A DNA stretch of 64,000 nucleotides from a virus, in the IMG/VR virus record IMGVR_UViG_3300042540_000949, positions 1 through 64,000 of that record; one strand, 5' to 3'. A model generated the notes under the pieces. It saw only the letters and a list, made by a program, of their open reading frames with translations. It was not told the origin of the DNA and made no database searches. Made by a program: the position numbers and the translations under genes. Positions 49,870-57,555 of the stretch are shown here, piece after piece; position 1 is the stretch's first letter, and each line of letters begins with the position of its first letter.

Positions 49870-50428
49870 TATCAAACAATTTTTTGATCGTCATAATGGC
49901 CTTCAAAGAGATAATCGTTTCTCAGTGAGTTTTGAAGGACTGCCTCAAGGTTTGCCTAGTTTAGGTGAACCCGGAAACAGTTTAAAAACAGCAATGGTTG
50001 AAATGGGAACCAGAGCAATGGACACGGTGGCAGATAACTTAATTGGTTATGGTCCGGGAAGAATGGTTCCTCGGTATCAAAAATTTCCAGGTGGAGTATT
50101 ATTGACCATACCTGTAACAAACGATCACCATGCAACAAATTTTTTCAATGCTTGGTTTAATCTTCTTTACGGTGGTGGAAGACTAAGAGGGGCGCTTTCA
50201 TCACCATTTCAATTGACATGGTACCACGAAACCATCTATCCAACAAAAATGATTGTAGATGCCTTAGATCCAAATGGAAATGTCAATCGCAAATTTACGT
50301 TTTTTGAAGTGTACCCCATGGAAACAATTCCATTTCAATTTTCCATGGAAAACAATAATCAGTTTTTAAAATATAGTATTTTGATGAACTATAGAGAATT
50401 TACAATGAGTGAGCAATTAAATGCCTAA
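49850..50428 (+). CDS. Baseplate tube initiator (gp54/gp19-like)
   Basis: GLQRDNRFSV, FFNAW, FFEVYP, MNYR tube-fold pattern. Confidence 0.65.
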   Translation: MPTPIIDIKQFFDRHNGLQRDNRFSVSFEGLPQGLPSLGEPGNSLKTAMVEMGTRAMDTVADNLIGYGPGRMVPRYQKFPGGVLLTIPVTNDHHATNFFNAWFNLLYGGGRLRGALSSPFQLTWYHETIYPTKMIVDALDPNGNVNRKFTFFEVYPMETIPFQFSMENNNQFLKYSILMNYREFTMSEQLNA

Positions 50429-51092
50429 TACAAATATATTCGATAATATTAATAATTTTATTCAAACGTATGAAACAACTTTGCCTTTTTCTCAAAAAAA
50501 GGTTTCATTTAGACCCTTTAGAGTAAAGGATGCCAAAATACTTGGTCTGATTCTTCAGGAAGACAACAAAAAATTGGCTTTCAAAAACATGGTAGAATTG
50601 TTGAAAAACACAACTACCGAAGCTGAGATTGATGATCTTTGTTTAGCCGATGCAGAATACTTATTCCTGCAAATAAGATCCAAAAGTGTCGATGAGATAT
50701 TGAATTTGGTGTACCAAGAAGAAAAGATACAAGTTCAAATTGCAGACATAAAGTATAGAAATCAAATTGCAGAACAGGAAATTTCAATAGGTCCAAACAT
50801 TTCTTTGGTATTGAGAACACCAACTGTAAAAGATTTGCTAAGACTTGAAACCTTTGACAAACAAGAATATGGTAAAGCCTGCATTGAAAAAATTATCGCA
50901 AATGGTGAAATATACAAACTAAACAAGTTTGTTACCGAAGACATCAAATCATCAATAGACAATCTTCCTCTTTCCGTATTGTCAAAAATAGATGTATTTT
51001 TAAAGAAACAACCTGAACTATACATCAACTTGCAGTTGACTGATGAACAAAAGGAGGTATCTGGTCTTCTAAATTTTTTTACCTTTCGGTAA
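50421..51092 (+). CDS. gp26: Baseplate hub assembly protein (gp26)
   Basis: YETTLP...FRPFRVKD, DAEYLFLQIRSKSVDE, C-terminal GLLNFF. Confidence 0.9.
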   Translation: MPNTNIFDNINNFIQTYETTLPFSQKKVSFRPFRVKDAKILGLILQEDNKKLAFKNMVELLKNTTTEAEIDDLCLADAEYLFLQIRSKSVDEILNLVYQEEKIQVQIADIKYRNQIAEQEISIGPNISLVLRTPTVKDLLRLETFDKQEYGKACIEKIIANGEIYKLNKFVTEDIKSSIDNLPLSVLSKIDVFLKKQPELYINLQLTDEQKEVSGLLNFFTFR

Positions 51093-51133
51093 AGTTTATT
51101 GATCTGAGAGATTATTTCAGCACAAACTTTACC

Positions 51134-51286
51134 ATGATGAACAATTTTTCTTGGTCTTTGCAAGACATAGAAAACATGGTTTATTGGGAAAGAGAAATAT
51201 ATGTTAAGTTGATTGCTGAATTCAAACAGAAAAAAGAGCAGCAAATGATGGAACAGATGTACAAACAAAATTACAATAGCCTATGA
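51134..51286 (+). CDS. gp51: Baseplate hub assembly chaperone (gp51-like; absent from the ORF track)
   Basis: MMNNFSWSLQDIENMVYWEREIYVKLI...; the frame is open upstream (DLRDYFSTNFT) to the gp26 slippery site. Confidence 0.8.
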   Translation: MMNNFSWSLQDIENMVYWEREIYVKLIAEFKQKKEQQMMEQMYKQNYNSL

Positions 51287-51732
51287 ACGAAGAAAAAGAA
51301 CAAATTACAGAAAATAGATTCTCTTTGGATATGCAAACAGAGATTCAGGCAATGACTCCACTTATTGAGCCTGATCCATTATTGCCTTCCGATATTGTAA
51401 ACATACTTCCTAGCATTGAACTTTCTGAGAGTGTTCCGTTTACGGCAACCGAAATCAAAATAGGAAGTGCTGCAAAAGCACAATTTGCAGAAATTAGTGG
51501 GTTGGACTATTCTGTAACCGATACTGAAATGCTAACCAAGCAGTTTAGTGGCATGGAAACCAAAATCAAAGAACTTCAAGGTGGTTTTCAGGATTTGTAC
51601 AGCAATGCAAAAAATCCAAATTTACCAAATAGTGAAACAGATGATTTTGAGGAAAGACCGACTACTGAACCAAGAAACTTGATATTTGATGAACGGCGTG
51701 CCAAAATGAGTGAGCCACCAAGTTGGGCATAA
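51283..51732 (+). CDS. Hypothetical acidic protein after gp51
   Basis: ATGA-coupled to gp51; 149 aa. Confidence 0.6.
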   Translation: MNEEKEQITENRFSLDMQTEIQAMTPLIEPDPLLPSDIVNILPSIELSESVPFTATEIKIGSAAKAQFAEISGLDYSVTDTEMLTKQFSGMETKIKELQGGFQDLYSNAKNPNLPNSETDDFEERPTTEPRNLIFDERRAKMSEPPSWA

Positions 51733-51734
51733 AT

Positions 51735-51763
51735 AAAAAAAGCCCCCTTTCGGGGGCTTTTTT
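51735..51763. terminator. Bidirectional rho-independent terminator
   Basis: AAAAAAGCCCCC-TTTC-GGGGGCTTTTTT between convergent genes. Confidence 0.9.
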
Positions 51764-52620
51764 CAATCGTTCTCCATTTCGGAGAAGTACTGCAGAGGAT
51801 CTTTCTCTTCAACATTTTCCACAACTGAAGATTCCTCCACATCGTCTTCGATGCTCTTGGACTCAGTAAACTGAGCGCGAATATCGTCACCGACAGACTT
51901 CTTGAACCTAGCGTTCAGTTCATCAAAGCTCTTGAACTGGCTCTTGTCCACAAACGGCTTGAGGGGATATTGCTTCTTCCATAGTTCCTCAAGTTTCTTG
52001 TCATCACCACCAAGAAGTGGTGCAGGGGTTGCAAACTCGCTGCGATCATAGTTTACATACCCACCGACATTACGGATCTTGATCTTAAAATCCGCACCTG
52101 TCCAGAAGTTGAACGGATCAACCGCAACCTCATCCTGAAACTCGGGATGGGCGAGGCTCTGAATCTTCTGGAAGATCTTCGTTCCATACTGGTAGAGGAA
52201 GACCTTGCCCTTGTTCTCGGGGTTTGCAGGATCTTCAACGACCAAGATATTGGAAATATAGGTCAACTTGCGCTTTCTCTGACGAGCAATGTTCTTGTCG
52301 TCTTCGATACCACTGTTCCACAGTTCTGTGTTTGCGGCACAGACTGGGCATTTCTCGCCAATCGTAGTAGGGCAGTTCTCGTAGAACCACCCACCCTTGC
52401 CCTTAAAGGTGTGGCTATAGACAGCCACGAAGGGAGTCTCCTCTCCTTCGACTTCGGGAAGAAAGCGGATAACAGCGTATCCGTTTCCAGCCTTGTCGAT
52501 TCCCGGCTTCCAAATCCGTTCATCCTTGTAACTTTCCTTTGCGTTCATCTTCTCCAAACGCTCAGAAAGTTGTGCGACCGAGTTCTTACTCTTCTTTTTA
52601 AAATCTGAAAAATTTCCCAT
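51763..52620 (-). CDS. gp32: Single-stranded DNA-binding protein (gp32)
   Basis: DERIWKP..DKAGNGYAVIRFLP, ENCPTTIGEKCPVC, NYDRSEF, acidic tail. Confidence 0.97.
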   Translation of the reverse strand: MGNFSDFKKKSKNSVAQLSERLEKMNAKESYKDERIWKPGIDKAGNGYAVIRFLPEVEGEETPFVAVYSHTFKGKGGWFYENCPTTIGEKCPVCAANTELWNSGIEDDKNIARQRKRKLTYISNILVVEDPANPENKGKVFLYQYGTKIFQKIQSLAHPEFQDEVAVDPFNFWTGADFKIKIRNVGGYVNYDRSEFATPAPLLGGDDKKLEELWKKQYPLKPFVDKSQFKSFDELNARFKKSVGDDIRAQFTESKSIEDDVEESSVVENVEEKDPLQYFSEMEND

Positions 52621-52665
52621 ACTGTTCTTTCCCCAAGGATCTACCTTGGCCTAAATGACTGACGA

Positions 52666-52693
52666 ATTATACAAGCAACTCCAGGTCAGTCAA
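52666..52693 (-). promoter_or_regulatory. Sigma70-like promoter TTGACT-N16-TATAAT for gp32
   Basis: Near-consensus hexamers. Confidence 0.75.
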
Positions 52694-52919
52694 CTGGAAG
52701 TTTTTTGTTTTTGTTTTTTTTCAATAGATGCAAATTTTTGGCTTCCTGTTCAATCTTCTCAACAAGAGGCTTTGTCAAAAGTTTGCCAGCAGCAATAGGA
52801 TCAAGACTCATTTCATCTGCCAGTTCAAGTACACAATCCATAAACGACAGATTGGTGCTTAAAGTTCGCTCTATCACCTTGTTTGAAAATTTTTCCTTTG
52901 CTGTGTCGTCTATATACAT
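52686..52919 (-). CDS. gp33: Late promoter co-activator (gp33)
   Basis: FSNKV...SFMDCVL...KLLTKPLVEKIEQEAKNLHLL..KLP; promoter TTGCTT-N16-TATAGT at 52926-52953. Confidence 0.88.
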   Translation of the reverse strand: MYIDDTAKEKFSNKVIERTLSTNLSFMDCVLELADEMSLDPIAAGKLLTKPLVEKIEQEAKNLHLLKKNKNKKLPVD

Positions 52920-53008
52920 GTTTATACTATATGTCGAATTAATAAAAAAGCAATAATTGAATCCATCTAAATATTCTAGAACTATTTATACCACTTTAAG
53001 GAACAAAA

Positions 53009-53992
53009 ATGGCATTTGACTCAGACCCAAACGTATTAATTGAATCAGGTGGAAACACCTTCAATGTAGCAACAGACGCAATTGTGTTCTCTGGGGCAAC
53101 CTCTCACTTCCAATACATGAAGTTGGCATATGGGCCTACTGGCTCCGTATCCATCGTAAGCAACTCCAACGGTCTTCCTGTCAGTGTTATTGGAGGAGGT
53201 ATTACAGCCAATCTAGTGGGCTTCTGTGGGGCCGTACAAGGTATTCCCGGTGGAACTCCGGTAACCGTGAGTGGAACCGTATATGCAACAGGAATCACAT
53301 CTGCACCTGTTTATGTCAGAACTTCAAGTGGTTATCAAGTAGAAATTACAGGTGGGACACCGCTATCAAGAACCAAGGATTCTATTTCTGTTTGGGGTCC
53401 AAATGGCATAACTTATGTTTATGCTAATTTTGTAGATTCAACTGGAACAGAAAAAGGAACTGTAAGTAATCCTTTTTATACCAATATAATTGGTGCAACA
53501 ATTAATGTAACAGTAAATCCAACTGTTGGTGTAACAAACGACTCTCCAAATAATGGTCTGCGTGTTCAAGGGATGAGCGGTGGTGATAATGTCCGAGTAC
53601 AAGTTCAAAATACTGTTACAGTCAACGACACAAATATTCTTTCTAGTCTTTCAGGAATATGCGCCGCAATCGGGGCATTGAATACTAATCTTTCAACTGT
53701 TGGGGCAGCAAGACCTACAACAATAAAGACTGGTAGAGTTTCTTCAGTTTTTTCAACTCCTCAACAAATTGATTCATCTGGATTTACTTGCCAAAGTGGA
53801 ATTAATTTCAAAGCACTTTCAACAAATACAGATTTTGTCTATCTTGGAAATACCGCCACATCTTCAGCACTCATTGCTAACGGAATTGCTTTGGATCCGG
53901 GCGACCAAGTATTCGTGTCAATAACCAATACAAATAACTTCTACATGGTTGCTGCAAGCGGAACACAAACAATAACTTACATGGCTTCGTGA
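53009..53992 (+). CDS. Hypothetical virion protein, G-x-T rich
   Basis: HFQYMKLAYG, NGLPV, C-terminal KALSTNTDFVYLG...LDPGD; CTAAATA at 52967-52973. Confidence 0.55.
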   Translation: MAFDSDPNVLIESGGNTFNVATDAIVFSGATSHFQYMKLAYGPTGSVSIVSNSNGLPVSVIGGGITANLVGFCGAVQGIPGGTPVTVSGTVYATGITSAPVYVRTSSGYQVEITGGTPLSRTKDSISVWGPNGITYVYANFVDSTGTEKGTVSNPFYTNIIGATINVTVNPTVGVTNDSPNNGLRVQGMSGGDNVRVQVQNTVTVNDTNILSSLSGICAAIGALNTNLSTVGAARPTTIKTGRVSSVFSTPQQIDSSGFTCQSGINFKALSTNTDFVYLGNTATSSALIANGIALDPGDQVFVSITNTNNFYMVAASGTQTITYMAS

Positions 53993-53993
53993 A

Positions 53994-55292
53994 ATGCCTT
54001 TTAATAATACCCTTAACAATGTAAGAACATATAAAAATTATGGCCTCATTGTTGAAGGCAACACTTATGATCCAATTTTTACAAAAGGTTGGATTCAATC
54101 ATCCCCAAACATTTTAATTAATGGTCAAACATGTTATTTGGATTATTCACATTCATATGACACTTCTGATGTTGTTTATTTAAAAAGAACCTTTGGAAAA
54201 ATTGCAGTAGGAAATACCTTTTACTTTCAAGATACAAATTATTTTGATCCAAAAACCGATAATAAATTCAATCTAGGTGGAACATTAACTTTTCAAAGCA
54301 CACTAAACAATGGAAAAATTGTAATTGCAAATATTGTTTCTGGAATGACACCCGGAACAAATTATAATTTTTTTGACAAAGAAAACTTTTTAAAATCACC
54401 ACAGTATACATTTACTAATACAACAGGATATACAGCAAATTATATTTTAAATAGTTTACCAAATGTAACCCATACAAGTTTTAAAACCATGGGAATTTTG
54501 GGAAATGAGTTGGGCTTTGAGGAATACATAGATTTTTCCGGTGCTACTGGAATTAACTATGGAAGATTACAGGTTTCCGGAACAGTCACACTAAAAGATG
54601 AACAAGAATTATTGTATATCTTGAGTGGCGTTACATCACAATCATTGATTAATAATACAACTTTGATTAAACATTATATTCGTGGTTCATCAAGTGTAGA
54701 GGAAATACAACAACCAGAAAGTGTTTTAGGTATTTACAGAATTCATGATGAATCAAATAAATTAATAGAATGTTATGAAAATCAAAATTATTATCAAACT
54801 TTTTTAAGAAAACAAATTTTAGGTTCTACTTACTCTGGTTACTGGGTACAATGTGAAACTTGTCCGAATGACATTTATGGAGAAAATATTTCTACAGATG
54901 GAGTTCAGTCAAATTTATTATTTGATAATAACGTATTTTTGTTTATCAATCAAATATCAAGAAATGTCGCTACAAGTATAATACCAACAACTTCTTACGG
55001 AGTCTTTACACAAAGACTCTTAACTGGAACTCCACAAAGCGCCTCAAGACTTTCTTTTTCTGTTTCAGTCGGTCTCAAAATAGATTTGAGCCATGCATCA
55101 TTGCAGGGGTGGGATTTTCAAATTTATATCGATCCAAACTATACCATTCCTCTTACTACAAGCATGTATATATCAGGTAAACCTGGATACGATCAATCGT
55201 ATGTATTGATCAAAAATAATCAAGATGTTCCCAGAACACTTTATTGTAAATTAGTAGGATTTACAACTCTTACTATGGTATTCAACATTTAA
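53994..55292 (+). CDS. Hypothetical protein (probably virion)
   Basis: 432-aa ORF directly after 53009-53992. Confidence 0.5.
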   Translation: MPFNNTLNNVRTYKNYGLIVEGNTYDPIFTKGWIQSSPNILINGQTCYLDYSHSYDTSDVVYLKRTFGKIAVGNTFYFQDTNYFDPKTDNKFNLGGTLTFQSTLNNGKIVIANIVSGMTPGTNYNFFDKENFLKSPQYTFTNTTGYTANYILNSLPNVTHTSFKTMGILGNELGFEEYIDFSGATGINYGRLQVSGTVTLKDEQELLYILSGVTSQSLINNTTLIKHYIRGSSSVEEIQQPESVLGIYRIHDESNKLIECYENQNYYQTFLRKQILGSTYSGYWVQCETCPNDIYGENISTDGVQSNLLFDNNVFLFINQISRNVATSIIPTTSYGVFTQRLLTGTPQSASRLSFSVSVGLKIDLSHASLQGWDFQIYIDPNYTIPLTTSMYISGKPGYDQSYVLIKNNQDVPRTLYCKLVGFTTLTMVFNI

Positions 55293-55295
55293 AAT

Positions 55296-55323
55296 AAAAA
55301 ACCCCGATTGCTCGGGGTTTTTT
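55296..55323. terminator. Bidirectional rho-independent terminator
   Basis: AAAAAACCCCGA-TTGC-TCGGGGTTTTTT. Confidence 0.9.
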
Positions 55324-55347
55324 AGTCCAACAACTACTATCAAAAAT

Positions 55348-55584
55348 TTAGCGAGTTCTGTTTCGCATCACACGGTAATAGGAGCGGCCATTGCGGACCT
55401 CTCGGATCACGGTGTAGTTCATGTCGAAGCGGTCAAATGCCTCGCGCAGATCGTGCATCGTTGCACGCATGTTCTGCACACGGAAGCGCTTACGAGCCAC
55501 GCCAGCCGTAAGAGGCGAACCGGAACGCATGAAATCAAACACTCTCTGAATCTTCGTCGGACGATCAACTGTAGTAATTTCCAT
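55348..55584 (-). CDS. Small winged-helix-like DNA-binding protein
   Basis: VFDFMRSGSPLTAGVARKRFRVQNMRATMHDLRE...YYR; own promoter TTGACA-N16-TATAGT (55614-55641) and SD AAGGA. Confidence 0.55.
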   Translation of the reverse strand: MEITTVDRPTKIQRVFDFMRSGSPLTAGVARKRFRVQNMRATMHDLREAFDRFDMNYTVIREVRNGRSYYRVMRNRTR

Positions 55585-55677
55585 AAAACATTCCTTTCTT
55601 AAGAAGTTGCTAAACTATACACCCTAATCCTTGACTGTCAAGGAATTCCCTAAATAATATGGACTGAGGAGTCACCT

Positions 55678-56277
55678 ATGAACACTAGGAACCATCAGTT
55701 TGTCAGTCATGTGAAAGATCATCTGGCACAGTACGGCATGCGGCTAGTAATAGGTCGTGGAAAATTGTTAAATTGTGGTGGCTACCGTTGCGAAGGTTAT
55801 TTTTCAGATAAAGAAAAAATCATCAAAATTGCAAGACATGGAACAAATTTTTTGGAAACTTTGGTCCATGAATATTGCCACTTTTTGCAATATATCAGCA
55901 ACTCAAAAATTTACATCAAATCCGACAAAGCAATTTTGATGGTTGATGCATGGTTTTCTGGTCAAAATTTTGATCAAGAAAAACTTCGCAAGGCATTTTT
56001 TATAGTTCGTTCTATGGAACGTGATTGTGAAAAACGAGCAATTCGAATGATTAAAAAGTTCAATCTTGAAATAGATACCAAACTCTATGCCAAGAGAGCC
56101 AACTGCTATATCTATAGTCACTTCTTGATGGAGAAGACTCGTAAGTTCTACGCCTACAAGAAGAGCCCTTATAGGAGTCCCTTGGTGCTTAAAGTAATGC
56201 CATCATCGATGGCAGTCTTGAGTCACCGCAGCATTCCACCAAAAATTTATTCTATGTTGGAATCATTCACTATCTGA
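55678..56277 (+). CDS. HEXXH zinc metalloprotease-like protein
   Basis: TLVHEYCHFLQ plus downstream ERDCE; SD GAGGAG; CTAAATA at 55650-55656. Confidence 0.6.
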   Translation: MNTRNHQFVSHVKDHLAQYGMRLVIGRGKLLNCGGYRCEGYFSDKEKIIKIARHGTNFLETLVHEYCHFLQYISNSKIYIKSDKAILMVDAWFSGQNFDQEKLRKAFFIVRSMERDCEKRAIRMIKKFNLEIDTKLYAKRANCYIYSHFLMEKTRKFYAYKKSPYRSPLVLKVMPSSMAVLSHRSIPPKIYSMLESFTI

Positions 56278-56612
56278 GACTTCAGATACTTCGACACAAA
56301 CTTTTTGAACGGTTGATCGCCGTAAGGCCATCTGTCGTCTTCGGCCAAAAACTTGTAGTGAACCAAAGCATCCAAATGTTCATCAAGCATTTTTAGTGTC
56401 ACATCGTCAATACACCACTTAACTTCATCATCTCTATTTTGTGCTGGTGCTTCTGCAGCATTGTGTTCGGCAACTGCAAGATCTGCAATCTTTGCGATGT
56501 TCCCAAGAATCTCCAATGACTTGGCGCATTGATAAAAAAGATCCCGCTTTACAGGATCTTCTTCTTTGCGAGCCAAGTTTCGTACTTCATAAACTAGCTC
56601 AGGGATTTTCAT
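56247..56612 (-). CDS. Hypothetical protein
   Basis: Start 56612 (MKIPEL) preferred because of SD TAAGGAG. Confidence 0.55.
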   Translation of the reverse strand: MKIPELVYEVRNLARKEEDPVKRDLFYQCAKSLEILGNIAKIADLAVAEHNAAEAPAQNRDDEVKWCIDDVTLKMLDEHLDALVHYKFLAEDDRWPYGDQPFKKFVSKYLKSQIVNDSNIE

Positions 56613-56622
56613 GATTGTCTCC

Positions 56623-56979
56623 TTACGACAGTGTGAGGAGATACTTGGTCTTTTGTACCAACGCAAGCATCTCGTCCTTAATATTTAACAACGAGGAATG
56701 GTTGGTTTCTTTGGGAAGTTCTTGGTTTAGATAATCTTCAAACGAATTTAATACGGAGTTTGTAGAGATTCTGGACGGTCCGTTCAGACGCAAATCCGTG
56801 ACTTCCTTAATATCGTCTTTTCCATGAACACCAAAATAAGTCTCGGCAAAGTTGTCAATCATTGGATCCAAGGCTTCATATAGTTGACCGAGAGCCATAT
56901 GCTCGGCATAAGAAGGCGTACCCCAATGATGGAGTTTGATTTCGTTTTGGAAGTTCATTAGTACTTTAATGCAAGACAT
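56623..56979 (-). CDS. Dps/ferritin-like four-helix protein
   Basis: KLHHWGT.SYAEHMALG.LYE.LD..ID.FAE...NIKDEML...YLLTL. Confidence 0.75.
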   Translation of the reverse strand: MSCIKVLMNFQNEIKLHHWGTPSYAEHMALGQLYEALDPMIDNFAETYFGVHGKDDIKEVTDLRLNGPSRISTNSVLNSFEDYLNQELPKETNHSSLLNIKDEMLALVQKTKYLLTLS

Positions 56980-56996
56980 TTGATATACCTTTAAAA

Positions 56997-57548
56997 TTAT
57001 TTATCATTTGAATTTAATGTTTCTTTTATTGATGTAACTAGTCCCGAAATGCTTTCAGTAGCGGATTTTAAGTTAAATCCTGAACCCAATTCTGGACCAA
57101 ATTTTTTCAATGGACAGGAAATAGTTGGTATGTATAGTTTTTGTGATAAAGCAGCCCTGGTTTTCCAACCACAACCACATGCGTTACACCAACCGATTGA
57201 TTCTGTTTCTGGATTTATATTTTGTCTTTTCTCACAAGACATGCATATTTGTTTTCTTTTTTCAAAAACCTCTTCACTAACTTTGCCTTGAATCATCTGT
57301 GATGTTTCAGCTTTTATGTATTTTTTTGTATTTTCTATTGTTATTTGCTGTGGTAGTTGCGCATTTGGGATTTTGCTTCTTTCCTTGCACATATAACAAT
57401 CCAAATCCTTTGGATTGATATTCTTTAAAGAACAAGAAACCGAACAACCAGATGATTCTTGACTCCAGTGAATACAGTTGATTTTTCTTTTAAAAATACG
57501 ATTGTTGTTGCAATCATAACGATCATTTAAAAATAAATCATCTTTCAT
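56997..57548 (-). CDS. Cys-rich hypothetical protein (RKQICMSC...CNACGC...KL...CPLKK)
   Basis: Same motif as 42397-42843. Confidence 0.6.
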   Translation of the reverse strand: MKDDLFLNDRYDCNNNRIFKRKINCIHWSQESSGCSVSCSLKNINPKDLDCYMCKERSKIPNAQLPQQITIENTKKYIKAETSQMIQGKVSEEVFEKRKQICMSCEKRQNINPETESIGWCNACGCGWKTRAALSQKLYIPTISCPLKKFGPELGSGFNLKSATESISGLVTSIKETLNSNDK

Positions 57549-57555
57549 ATAATTC

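Noticed and set aside
50762-51268. 168-aa minus-strand ORF
   Set aside because: Antisense to gp26/gp51, which are well supported
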